From contig JALDZS010000121.1 in assembly GCA_022813965.1 (NCBI GenBank), forward strand, positions 54,505-74,504: a stretch of DNA of 20,000 bases, read 5' to 3'. This document shows, one piece after another, positions 1 through 11,212 of the stretch. A program made the position numbers and the translations under genes. Source of the DNA: Toensbergia leucococca (Eukaryota). The notes beneath the pieces were generated by a model. That model did not search any database and was not told where the DNA came from. It saw nothing but the letters and a program-made list of their open reading frames with translations. The first letter of the stretch is position 1. Each line of letters begins with the position of its first letter.

Positions 1-242
1 GAATCTGTGACGAGGTAAGCCAGGTAAAGATGCACGAAGACGTTTCATCACTTTCTTACCCATTGAGCTAACCTTCCGGCTTGGGTGACGGTTACCATTA
101 TTTTGTCAGAGAAAGAGATGGAAGTGACTTGGGTAGTAATGCCGTCTACTACTCCGGCGGCTTGCTTGCTGGTTGCTGGATATGAGGCAGTCATTGGGGA
201 TTGGAGAGTCGGGGATAAATCAGGGACGATGGGTAGTGGCAT
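1..242 (-). CDS. Proteasome assembly chaperone 3 (PAC3/PSMG3-like), 5' part only; exon 1 242..60, intron 59..5, exon 2 starts at 4 and runs off the window
   Basis: Translation ...FSDKIMVTVTQAGRLAQW resembles the fungal PAC3-family N-terminal region. A GTAAGA donor follows the W codon and a CAG acceptor ends at position 5 (55-nt intron). The first ATG is at 242, with an alternative at 194; the ORF-track start at 248 is GTG. Confidence 0.7.
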
Positions 243-525
243 ATTCACCGTGTACTTAGTATGTGTAAATAGAACTTGTTCTCTAGGCTGCTCCCTAGAA
301 TTAAGAAGACTTCCTAGGTAAGGTACCTACTGCTGGTACGAATACTAGATGAGATTGGGGGATGCGGTTCAGATTAAGTTGGGGATTTTAGGTCAGAGAC
401 TGCAAGAAATCGTCATTGTTCTCCGCAGCCGCCATCACCGCCATTGCCGCTGATAGACGTTGAAAATTCTACATCGAGTCATTATTGGCCACCTATCTCT
501 TGACCACCATACCTCAATTAACACA

Positions 526-3500
526 ATGCCCAAATTCGTGCCACGACAACGTAAGCACAAGCAAAGGGCTACTCATAATGAAGTTCTATCAAGTCAAGTT
601 CGCGATTCAAATTCCTTGGAGATTGTCCCCGCCACAAGCATAGAAAAAGAAGAAAAGCGCCGACTCATGAAAGACACTCTTCGCGCCCAACAGTCAGAAA
701 TGTCGAGCAAGAAGAAGAAAAGACTTGATAAATACATTGTATACTTTGTATGGTATTTGCCAGCCTTTACTAGCTAACACAGCGTACAGGATAACAAATT
801 GAAAAAGGAAGAGAACCTTGATTTAATCAAGAAACTGGTCAGTGCCAGAGTAGATACCAGTCTGTTACGAAGCTCTCGATCGCTTGGTGTAATCAAAGAG
901 TCGAAACGTGAAGTCTTTTCTCGAGCTTTGAGACAGCAACAGGCAGGTGTGGATCTACAAAAGAATAACAAAATCCTATTCAAAGATACTCCTGCAATTG
1001 ATGATTTTTCCGATGATTCAAGTATATCAAGCAAGGATGAAGGTGATCTACGAGGCAAGCAGTTTGTAACGAATGTACCTGTGTCAACCCCAATTATTGG
1101 AAATGGCTTGAAAAGACCTCTTGAAGTAGGCGCTGATGGAAATCCCATCATCAAGAAAAGACAGCGTCCACAACGTCGTAAACCTCGGGCTGAAACACTA
1201 AATGAGTCTCCGTGGGATGGATTTGATTCGGACGTAAACTCGAGATCATCACCTTCTAGGACTGAGTCTATAGGAACGCAAACAGATACAGAATGCAGTT
1301 CCGACGCAATGTCTACAGACTCTTCTATGCGCGGTCATCAGGATAGTCAAAGCTCTAGTAGTGAGGACGTTGATGAAGAATTCGTTGCAAATCGTAAACA
1401 GCGATCTTCGGCATTCATGGCTTGGGCCACGCAACAAGTGAACGAAGCCTTGGGATTCTCTCCTTCGGCCATTGAAGCTCCAGAAAGTGCTAAGAAGATG
1501 TCCAATCATGAGGTCAAACCAAGGGAGCCAGAGCAGGATGCATTACCACCCGAGCTAGAAACAAAGTCAAATTTCCCTGAACGTCAAGTGTTTAGTGTAC
1601 AGGTGAATCGCTCACCAGAAGTGCAAGAAAGCCGTCTAGGGTTGCCAATTGTTGCAGAAGAACAAAAAATCATGGAGGCAATTTACAACAATCCTTCTGT
1701 GGTCATTTGGGGAAGTACGGGCAGTGGGAAAACAACTCAAGTCCCGCAGTTCTTATACGAAGCTGGCTTTGGAGATCCAGATAGCCCTAATCCTGGAATG
1801 ATAGGAGTCACTCAGCCCCGACGAGTGGCTGCCGTTAGCATGGCCAGACGAGTGAGTGATGAGTTGGGTGATGTCACTGCAAAGGTGTCGTATCAGATCC
1901 GCTTCGATAGTACTGTCAGTCACAAGACTGCTATCAAATTCATGACCGATGGTATTCTCATACGTGAGATTGCCAAGGATTTCGCATTGACTAAGTATTC
2001 TGCAATCGTCATAGATGAAGCCCATGAAAGAACTGCCAATACTGACATATTGATTGGTATGGTGAGCAGAATCGTTGACCTTAGGGCTTCTATGAGTCAG
2101 GAGGATGCAAAGGTCAGGCCATTAAAGCTCATCATCATGTCTGCGACACTAAGGGTGTCAGACTTTACTGATAATCCCAATCTATTTCGCAATGGTCCTC
2201 CTCCACTACTGCAGGCGGAAGGGCGCCAATATCCCGTGTCTATCCATTTCGCACGGAGGACGCAGAGAGACTATCTTGAAGAGACGTTTCTAAAAGTCAG
2301 CCGAGGTCACAAGAAATTGCCACCCGGAGGTATGCTTGTATTTCTGACAGGACAAAACGAGATTACTGTTTTGGCGAAAAGACTCAAAGAGGCTTTTACG
2401 AATACGCAGGGCAAGCATCATGACGGTCATCGAGTGCGCGTAGCAGCAAACGAGGTGCCCTTAGAAACAGAAGATTTCGACCTAGGTATTGATAATTTAG
2501 GCAGTCATCAAGCAGGGGACGACGACGACGAAGATATTCATCTGTATGAAGACGAGGACGAAGAGGATAAGGAATTCGACATTGGCGACGCCACCCCAGG
2601 ATCCCTCAATATCCGCGTCCTCCCACTCTACTCCCAGCTCCCAACCAAAGACCAACTCCTCGTCTTCTCTCCCACCCCGGAAAATACGCGCCTAATAGTC
2701 CTCGCAACTAACGTCGCAGAAACCAGCCTTACCATCCCAGGAATCCGCTACGTTTTCGATTGCGGCCGCGCCAAAGCCAAAAAGTACGACCGCACAAATG
2801 GTGTTCAGACCTTCGAAATCGGCTGGATCAGCAAAGCAAGCGCCAGCCAGCGTGCCGGACGAGCCGGCCGTACCGCCCCAGGACATTGTTACAGACTCTA
2901 TTCATCAGCGGTCTATGAGCGCGATTTCGAAGAGCACGCCGAGCCGGAGATCTTGCGCATGCCGGTGGAAGGAGTGGTGCTGCAGCTGAAAAGTATGGAT
3001 CTACAGCACGTTGTCAACTTCCCCTTCCCTACGCCCCCCGACCGGCACAGCCTTGCCAAAGCAGAAAAGCTCCTCACTCACCTAGGCGCTATTTCACGCG
3101 AGGGCAAAATCACGCCGCTCGGCCGCGAGTTATCAATGTACCCGCTCTCGCCACGTTTTTCAAAAATGCTCCTGATAGGCCACCAGCATAATTGCATGCC
3201 CTACACCATAGCAATGGTAGCCGCTCTCTCGGTCCCCTCCATCTTCCTCACAGAAAACCAACTCGACCTCTCCTCAGACGCATCCGACATTACATTTACC
3301 GACCTCAAAAAAGCCTACAACAGCGCCCACCACCTCTTCAGCCTCAATTCTCCCACTAGCGATGCGCTAAAACACCTCACCGCCCTCTGCGCCCACGCCC
3401 ACGCCTCAAACCCCGAAGCGTTCGCGGCAAGCAAATTCCTGCACCCAAAATCCCTGCACGAAGCCCACCAACTTCGCGCACAACTAACAACCCTCGTCCG

Positions 3501-4107
3501 CACCAACAACCCAACCCACCACCCCGAATCATACAGCCACCGCCTCTCCCCTCCAACCCCAACCCAACTGACCGCTCTCCCCCAGATCCTCGCCGCAGCC
3601 TACATCGACCAAATCGCCATCCGCGCCGACCTCTCCCCCAATCCCCCAGAACAGCTCCAAAAACCCCGCACCGCAACCCAAGTCCCCTACCTCCCCCTCT
3701 TCCCTTCCCACTCTCATCCCAAAAATCCCGAAAAAGAAATCTACATCCACCCCTCCTCCCTCCTCGCTCACTCCCCCCCCGCAACCCTGCCTCAGTACCT
3801 CCTCTACTCACACCTCTCCCGCGCCTCCACCCCTACAATCACCACCTCCCACCCCAAAACCCGCATGCATCCCCTCGCCGCCATCAGCGCGAAGCAGATC
3901 GCCGCCCTGGCGCACGGGACGCCGTTGCTCGAGTGGGGGAAACCGGTTGGGGAGGTGGAGGAGGTGGAGGGGGGAAAGAGGGAGTGTTTTGTGGGGGCTT
4001 TTTTGAGGGGGGAGAAGGGGGGACAGGGGTGGGGATTGGGGTTGAGGAGGGTGGTTATGGGGAGCGGGGTTGGGGGGAGTTGGGTTGTTGAGAGGGTTGT
4101 TGGGTAG
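526..4107 (+). CDS. DHR1: DEAH-box ATP-dependent RNA helicase DHR1/ECM16 (DHX37 orthologue; SSU processome), ~1176 aa; exons 526..738 and 790..4107
   Basis: Motifs GSTGSGKTTQVPQFLYEAG, TQPRRVAA, DEAH, MSAT, LVFLTGQNEI, TNVAETSLTIPGI and QRAGRAGR, followed by an HA2-like region. The N-terminus MPKFVPRQRKHK...KKKKRLDKYI/DNKLKKEE is typical of fungal Dhr1. Intron 739..789 (GTATAC...GCTAAC...CAG) joins the 460..777 and 799..4107 ORFs in frame. Confidence 0.93.
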
Positions 4108-4384
4108 TGAGCTGGATTATGTGCTTGAGGAAGAGTTGGAACGCGTGGGGGTGGTGGGGCAGGGGGCAGAGGTTGGCTTGTTATCTGATACAATATTACT
4201 TTCCTGATACTCTCACGCTCTCATTTTTCAATTTTTGCTAACTCACCTCCTCTGGGATATTCACAAAAAAGGGGGGGCTTATGAATTTTTAATGAGTGTA
4301 ATAAGCTCTCTCTTTAGCAGAAAAGACAGGATGGGACTCCCCCTTCTCTTTGATAATTTTTCTTATCACTCCAAAACAAAATTG

Positions 4385-4515
4385 AATCAAATCAAATCAA
4401 ATCATTTCAGTTGATTGATCATTTCAATCAATTACTCATGCTGAAACAGTGATTTAAGTGCATAAATATGAAGTGTCTCTCTGCTCTCATTACTCTCATC
4501 ACTCCCATCACTCCC
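4385..4515. repeat. Short simple repeats: (AATCA)4 at 4385-4404 and ~3.5 copies of a 9-bp unit CTCYCATYA at 4484-4515
   Basis: Read directly from the sequence in the convergent DHR1/AKR intergenic region. Confidence 0.75.
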
Positions 4516-5080
4516 TTCTCACACACACACCCCTCACATCAGAAAAAAAGAAGAGACAAAGAGGAGGGATGTGTGTGTGACTCTAACAAGCAAATATTCC
4601 GAGTAGAGGGTTTTTTAGTTTTGATTTTTTTGGTTTTTGATTTTTGGTTTTCGTTGAATGAATGAACGAATAAATGTAAGAGATGTATATCCGCAGTCTT
4701 TTTTTTTTCATTCTTTTTTAATGAAAGGGAGGTCAATGTGTGGGGGATGTGGGACGCGTGATTTAGAAAATGATGGTTTTTGTTTTGTTCTTTTTGTTTT
4801 TTCTAAGTTTTGAGGGGCGTGGGTTGAGGGAGGTGCTGTTGGTGGAGCTCTGAGCTGAGGGGGGGGTTTGTTGTGAGGAGAAGGTGAAGGGATACGGGGA
4901 GGGTGGAGTGGTGGGTTGTGATTAGGGTGGTTGTATTTATTGGGAGAGGAGAGAGGGGCTGTGTGATGGTGGGAGTAGAACAGCGGGATTCGAAAGGTGG
5001 ATGTTTTCATCTCTCTGGCCCCTGTTTTTTTGGAGAGTTGGGGTGAGAAGATGAGATGGTTGTCAGGAGAAAGCCTTTGT

Positions 5081-5106
5081 AAAAAAAAAAATAAAAAAAA
5101 AAAAAA
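5081..5106. repeat. Poly(A) tract A11-T-A14 (U-rich on the AKR sense strand, ~130 nt past its stop)
   Basis: Read directly from the sequence. Confidence 0.85.
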
Positions 5107-5236
5107 CGACTAGGAAAGAACCGCGTGGCAGAATTTCGACATCAACTTTTTGTCTCACACAGTGTTTCAAGACCAAATACACTCACCCTCTCCCCTAAAA
5201 ATCTTCTCCCCTCCCGACACCCCGTCCGCGCACCCC

Positions 5237-6363
5237 TCACACCCCATCCAAGCCCTCATAAAGCCCAATCCCCCAGCTCTGACTCGGATTATTAAACCTG
5301 GTCCCTTCTCCCCCCAATCCCTCCACCGCCTTGAAATCCCCATACTCCAACCCGCACTCCCCAGCTCCAAAATTCTCCCGAATCCTCTCAGCATGCGAAC
5401 TCTTCGGAATGACGCTCGTGCCACGACTCAAGCCCCAAGCCAACGCCACAGTCGCAGGAGTACATCCTCTTTTTTCTGCAATGTTGACTATTAGGCTGTT
5501 GTTCAGGAGGAGAGGAGGTAGGGACGAGGAAGTGGAAGCGACGGAGGTGTCGTAGGTGGGGTTTGAGTTTGCGAGGGGGGAGTAAGCTGTGACGTGGATG
5601 TTGTGGGCGTTGTGATATTGTAGCCAAGCGGATTGGGGGAGGTAGGGGTGGATTTCCATTTGGTGGGCGAATGGGACGGTGGAGGAGTGGGTGAGGAGAT
5701 GTGAGAGTTGGGCGGGGGAGAAGTTGGAGATGCCGAAATTGCGGACATTGGGGAGGAGAGTCATGGCGTGCCAGGTCTGTGTTATGGGAATAGGGTCAGT
5801 TATGGGTTTCTTTATGTGGGGGTGGGGGAATGTACATCGATGTAGTCGAGAGTGGTTTTGCCATTTATGGGGGAGGAAGCGACGGGCCAGTGCATGAGGT
5901 AGAGGTCTAGATATTCGAGGCCTAGATCTGAGAGCGTTTGGTGCAATGCCTTTTCGACCATGTCGGGGCGGTGGCTATTCACCATAACAGCCGCTAATCA
6001 ACCTCAAGTCCACAATTGGGGATGCTCAAAGAACAGCACTTACTGATCATTCCACAGCTTCGACGTCACCCAAATATCCTCACGGGTAATGCCAGCTTTC
6101 CCAAGCCCGTCCGCAATGCCCTTGCCGACATCTTTCTCATTCCCATAGATGGCAGCGCAATCGATGTGCCGATAGCCAGTTTGGATGGCGAAGGAAACGG
6201 CGGCGGAGACGTTGGATTTATCGAGGTTCCAGGTTCCAAAGCCGAGGTGGGGGATGGAAATGGTGGATTGGGGAGGAGAAAGTGGGATTTGATGATGCTG
6301 AGGGGCTTGACTAATAGCCAGTGCGGGGAGGGTTAGGGCTGTGATGATGTTGAGGAGCTTCAT
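5237..6363 (-). CDS. Aldo-keto reductase (GCY1/YPR1-like, NAD(P)H-dependent), ~332 aa, with an N-terminal signal-peptide-like segment; exons 6363..6044, 5974..5836, 5776..5237
   Basis: Motifs [59 protein letters not shown] and VIPKS. The catalytic tetrad D/Y/K/H is intact. Introns 6043..5975 (GTAAGT...TAG) and 5835..5777 (GTACAT...CTGAC...CAG) give a 999-nt in-frame CDS. Confidence 0.92.
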
Positions 6364-6994
6364 GATTGAGGACAAATTGAATTTGGGGACAAGGCACAAT
6401 GGAATGTAAGAGGTGATTAATTCATCCCTTACAACTTCTACAAGCCTTCTCCTCTTCTAAATTCGATGTATCATGATGCATATCTCGGAGCAGCACTCAC
6501 GTCATGATTGTGCTTTGCTACGACTTGCCTACTACGGCTAGATCGCCTATTCTATTAGGGCACAAACCCTATGAGCTAAATTCACCTCGCCGGCGCCATT
6601 TAGGCTCTCAATTGTTCTGGCCATGGGCCCAGACTTCAAGTTCTATTTGCCAGTGGACTCATCACTCAGTACTAACTCTCTCTCATCGCTTAGCCTCATA
6701 TCACCCGAGGAGCCGTGTATCTATGTACCTTGGAATTCGTTGATGTGACTGGTGCTTCAGGGGATGAATCTAGAATATGCAGACTTGGAAGAAGATGGCA
6801 CGAAATATTTGATTTTTAACGAGCGTTTGGGATGATATGGCTGACCAATCCCTTGAGGATGCGGCATAGGGCTATGCAAGAGATATTGAGGAGTCGAGTG
6901 GTCGAGGTGTGGCAGAGTAGCGCAAGGCTGAGAGAGGCGCTCTCCGCTGCGTAAACACCTTGAGTTGCTTCCTCTCCGTCGTATCATACAAACC

Positions 6995-9376
6995 ATGGAG
7001 CTCCAGGTGCGAAGTCGTCAACGCGTTTCAGGTAGACAACTTATCACCCCTGTTAGTCCATCATCGTTCGTACAGCAGGGAACCGTTGATTGGCCGTCTC
7101 TAGCCAACGCATCCGTAAATGCATCAGTTTCAATCCTCACACGACTATCAGGACATGGCGTCGAGCTTTGGACCGCAGCTGTCGCGCAAGTCCTGTTGGG
7201 AAACATACGCTTGAGTGCCGAAGGCGAGTCTCATATCAACGAAGCCTTAGCGAAGTTGTATTCGTTTGGTAGCTATGGAAATCTGCTGTATTTTGGCTTT
7301 GGAGTAAAACATATGATCCGGACTCTGGCAGAGTCTTCCGAGGGGATGGCCACGGTCGCTATATGCTCATCTATTGCAGAAGTTCACGGCCTTGCTATAT
7401 CTACTTCGATTGTTTACGAGTATGCAAAATTGTACAGCACCGATGCTGGAGCCAGTCTCATGCCCTCGTTTCGACAATGGGAAGCCCTCATTAATTCTTG
7501 CTCGGGGGCCTTATCCAGGTCTCCATTTGGATCTGTCGTGGAATTCTTTATGAGGTTTCATCCGCAAACCCATATGTGTGGAGACCCCAAACAGGTCGCT
7601 CGTGCCTTGGAAGGTATTGCCAAGATTTCTAGTGGGCTTATGAGGTCTATGGTGTTGATAGGAAACTCCGAGTGTGGATTTCTGGCTGCAGTTGCTCAAT
7701 GGCTATTAGGTTTACGAGTTGTAGTCCGCAATGTTGCCGGTGACATTGTGTATCCAAGCTCTGATGCGGACACAGATAATTACCAACTAATGGTCATCTA
7801 TTCAGATGATCCTGATAAGTCCAGAGCCATTAGTCGAACAGCAGATGCGTATTACATCGATTACATAAGAGATATCCTTCACGAGAGTATAGGCTCAGAC
7901 TATGTGAGCGGACGAGTAGAATGGAAAACCGCAATCAGTCAGACGTTTGGATCCTCAGCTATGAAAATCTTTCAGGTTCCAGGAATTCTTGGCGAGATTA
8001 TCGGAAGCGCAGCCAAAATTTATTCTATCGACTGCGACAGTATGGACTTGAAGACCAGATTTCTCCAACCTATAATGAAAGGATTCGGACCAGAAGCGTC
8101 AGGGCGAGCCTTCATCGATCTGGCGTTGAGACAATTACCGGAACTCGCCAATTGCAAGGACGCGATGGAGTTAGCTGTGGAGCGACCCGACGAAGATGCC
8201 CGCCTTCGATTTGAAAAGACAATAGCAATACTAAAAGAAGTGTGCGGTTGCTCATTCTTTTGTTTCCCTCAAGCTGCACGTGCCGACTTCATTGATATCA
8301 CCGCTCTGGGTTCAAAATATCAGCCCAATGATCCTAAAAAGGGAGACACAGTGACGAGATGTCTTCCGCTACTTGCACTTACAATTATTCAGCTTGTAAG
8401 ACAGTTGTCTACTATAGCGTCAATACCAGCTGATTTATTACCAAAACGTCGTGGGCTTGAGGCTCTCTTGAAAAAGATCGAGGAGCGATACTCGGGACTC
8501 AGAGAAAACGTCGAAGACTGTCCTATGTCTAGTATCACTTTTTTATATACTCTTGTCTATCCTATTGGACTCCTTGATTTGGCAGCACTGATCTTTGGTG
8601 TCGAAGTCCCATTTGAACATCAACAGAGCACTACGATTGATCGTCACAGAGTCTCTGTTTGGGTCAATGGTGGCCTATGTTTTATTATGGATTCTGTGAT
8701 TAGGCTGTCTGATAGAGCAGAGGAGTCATTACGTGTCCACATTATTCCAGGTCACATCGAATGGAATCAAAAAGTGTACACCAGGGTCCAAGATGGTAGT
8801 CTTGGTTCGCCCAGGTTGTTAATGGATCCCATGATCTTACCAGTACCGGAGGCCAAATACCGAGCCCAAGCGCAGCTAATCGATCGCATGACAGCACGAG
8901 CAATAATAATGGAATCATCCGACTGCCTGCGAATGTCGTATGAGATCAAGACAGCATCAGCTTCATTCTTTCTCGGTCCTGGGCAGCTAAGCCATGAAAT
9001 GGCCGGAGCGGCCAGCGGTCGTTCTTGTTCTGGAAAGAGATGCCGGCCTTTCGGCCGACTATATGAACACTTCTGGATTACAGTATATGGTTTAAGACTT
9101 CCATACGCCGCTCCTGGAAACGTAATGATCCCGTTTGATGTACCCGAAAAGCCAAATATAGTCTTGTTCGGAGAGAACCCACTGGCGCGCTGCACTGCCT
9201 TGGCGGATCTCACTATGGCCAAGGCTATCCTTCAGGAAAGAGAGTGCATCGCTTGCTGTGCCAGGAGAGCCCTGATGGCGAAGAAACCACATGAGATGGT
9301 CATAATTAGTCGTTTGACTGTGGAAGATATGGAGCAGTTGCTAGGAAGACGTGACCTGTTGCTACTCGACAGGTAG
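6995..9376 (+). CDS. Uncharacterised intronless fungal protein, ~793 aa
   Basis: 2.4-kb stop-free ORF with normal globular amino-acid composition and an ATG in good context (ACCATGG) at 6995. I recognise no enzymatic motif. Cys clusters: CGCSFFC, CSGKRC, ECIACC. Confidence 0.85.
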   Translation: MELQVRSRQRVSGRQLITPVSPSSFVQQGTVDWPSLANASVNASVSILTRLSGHGVELWTAAVAQVLLGNIRLSAEGESHINEALAKLYSFGSYGNLLYFGFGVKHMIRTLAESSEGMATVAICSSIAEVHGLAISTSIVYEYAKLYSTDAGASLMPSFRQWEALINSCSGALSRSPFGSVVEFFMRFHPQTHMCGDPKQVARALEGIAKISSGLMRSMVLIGNSECGFLAAVAQWLLGLRVVVRNVAGDIVYPSSDADTDNYQLMVIYSDDPDKSRAISRTADAYYIDYIRDILHESIGSDYVSGRVEWKTAISQTFGSSAMKIFQVPGILGEIIGSAAKIYSIDCDSMDLKTRFLQPIMKGFGPEASGRAFIDLALRQLPELANCKDAMELAVERPDEDARLRFEKTIAILKEVCGCSFFCFPQAARADFIDITALGSKYQPNDPKKGDTVTRCLPLLALTIIQLVRQLSTIASIPADLLPKRRGLEALLKKIEERYSGLRENVEDCPMSSITFLYTLVYPIGLLDLAALIFGVEVPFEHQQSTTIDRHRVSVWVNGGLCFIMDSVIRLSDRAEESLRVHIIPGHIEWNQKVYTRVQDGSLGSPRLLMDPMILPVPEAKYRAQAQLIDRMTARAIIMESSDCLRMSYEIKTASASFFLGPGQLSHEMAGAASGRSCSGKRCRPFGRLYEHFWITVYGLRLPYAAPGNVMIPFDVPEKPNIVLFGENPLARCTALADLTMAKAILQERECIACCARRALMAKKPHEMVIISRLTVEDMEQLLGRRDLLLLDR

Positions 9377-9913
9377 TTGCCATTATTTTCTGACACTCTC
9401 TGACATAGGCGAACTTGAGCCTCTCATCACAAGCTATCAACAAAGCTGATGATTGAAGAAATAAGCCTGATAGCCGTTGCTTCAGCCATTGTCAGTGACA
9501 TGTGGTTGACCAGTCTAGGAAGTGAGAAGTTGATGTTTAGAATGTCGCCAAGTGAGTCCGAACATGCGAGGTAAGAATTTGAAACATAGGCCTTTCTTTT
9601 TTAGGGCTAGGGCTAGGGCTTGATGTTCATCTTAACGAAGACACATTGGCAATATTTGATGACAGAAACAGCCCGCATTTTGATCTTGGTGGTGTGGATT
9701 CTTATCTCTAGAAAACTGTACAAAGATCCATTTCATGCATGTATTCAATACAGGACCTTGACTTATCTACGTCTAGATAATGTTCCTTTAGAAGAGCGCC
9801 CCTCGTAGTCTTCTGGCCTCTAAAAGAGTTGACTTCCTTAATTTACATTTCACACCTATCTCGCTAAAAAACACCAATGGATACCTCATCTCCATCTTTC
9901 TTTGAATCCTACC

Positions 9914-11212
9914 CTACCTGACCCTCTCATCTTCATCTTCATCTTCCTTCTCCTGGGCCCTAACAACATCCCTCCACCTGCCCATAAACTCTCTTAACCC
10001 TGCCTCTCCATCCCCTGATGCATCGACCACATCTTTGGGTAATTTGTGTGCGCTGTACCGCGGTGTATTGAAGACGTATGCTTCCGGGTCGTCACGATTG
10101 ACGAGGCGAAACTCAGGCAGTTCTTGCTGGTTGTCTTCGTTATCAAGATCAGAGGAATCGCCATCTTCTCTGTCTTTATCAGCGACATTTTCGAGATCTG
10201 TGACTGTTGGTGTCGAAGCACCCCTGTCCATTCCCAACAATTCCATCCAAGAGAAAAGTAGGGGATCTGTCCTCACAGCCCAAGGATTCATGTCCACCAG
10301 CCACACTTTTTTATACGGCTGCGGGACGTAGACATCAAATACAAAATTCTCATCTGGGAATGTTGATTTCAAGTGCTCATCGAAAAAACGCTGGATAAGA
10401 GGGCGTAGGGTGGAAGTAAGCGCTGGAAGGAACTCATAGTGGTTTAGGTCGCGCTGGCAGAGGCAGAGAAGGGAGCGGGCACGAACAAAACATCGGAATT
10501 CGAGGGATGTTGCTAGTGAAGGGATAGTTTTGCGGAGGATGAGGTGGTATGGTATTGTAAGGTTCGCGGTTGATACCGAGCGGCCAGAGGTAGAAGATGG
10601 TGTCGAGGAGGCAGAATCGCTTTCGCAGTCGTCGAATGCATGCTCGAGGTCATGGGTGATGAAGTCGGAGCTTTTCAACAAGAGGTAGATGTCGTTTGGG
10701 GTACGGCACTCCATACTATTCGTTGCGGAAATCCAGGTTGCATCTTTGGGGGCGGACCAATTTAATTTGGGCATAACAGACCCGCCTAGTTCCGTGATTG
10801 TGGATTTGATCTTTTGGTGGATTTCAAGCCAAGAGAGAGAGGGGTCCGAGAACTCATCTTCACTGTCGGAGGAGGTGGAGGTAGAAGAAGGGGAGAGTTC
10901 CCTGCTATCAATATCGGACAAGCAAGATTCATCATCGTGGTCTTCTGAAGGGAGGATTATTCCGTCTGCGCGGAGGTAGTCAAGGAAGGGGGAAGAGAGT
11001 GGTATGAGACGCGCTTTTGGTGTCAGAGATCGGTAGCTGTAGATTTTCAGTTATTAATCCAATATCAACGCACAAAGGTAAGCTCACAGTGGGTGCCAGA
11101 AGTGATATGAACAGTGAAGGATATTGGATTCTGTGACTGGCGGGAAAGGAAGCCTTGTGAGGGGCTCTGGCGAAGATGAGCCCTCGCGGAGATCTGAATC
11201 TGCAACAGGCAT
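9914..11212 (-). CDS. CDC123: Cell division cycle protein 123 (D123 family, atypical ATP-grasp eIF2 assembly factor), ~415 aa; exons 11212..11088 and 11036..9914
   Basis: Motifs [65 protein letters not shown] and [13 protein letters not shown]. Intron 11087..11037 (GTGAGC...CAG) restores the frame. Confidence 0.93.

Noticed and set aside
3377..4193. Antisense Gly/Arg-rich and Pro-rich ORFs (3377..3811, 3529..3771, 3804..4193)
   Set aside because: Shadow ORFs of DHR1; the extreme C/G skew suppresses stop codons.
4708..5010. 100-aa Pro/His-rich minus-strand ORF
   Set aside because: Low-complexity product of a G/T-rich intergenic tract, with no recognisable motif.
9601..9618. TTAGGG-CTAGGG-CTAGGG telomere-like repeat
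   Set aside because: Only one exact telomeric unit and three G-tracts; too short to call an interstitial telomere or G-quadruplex.
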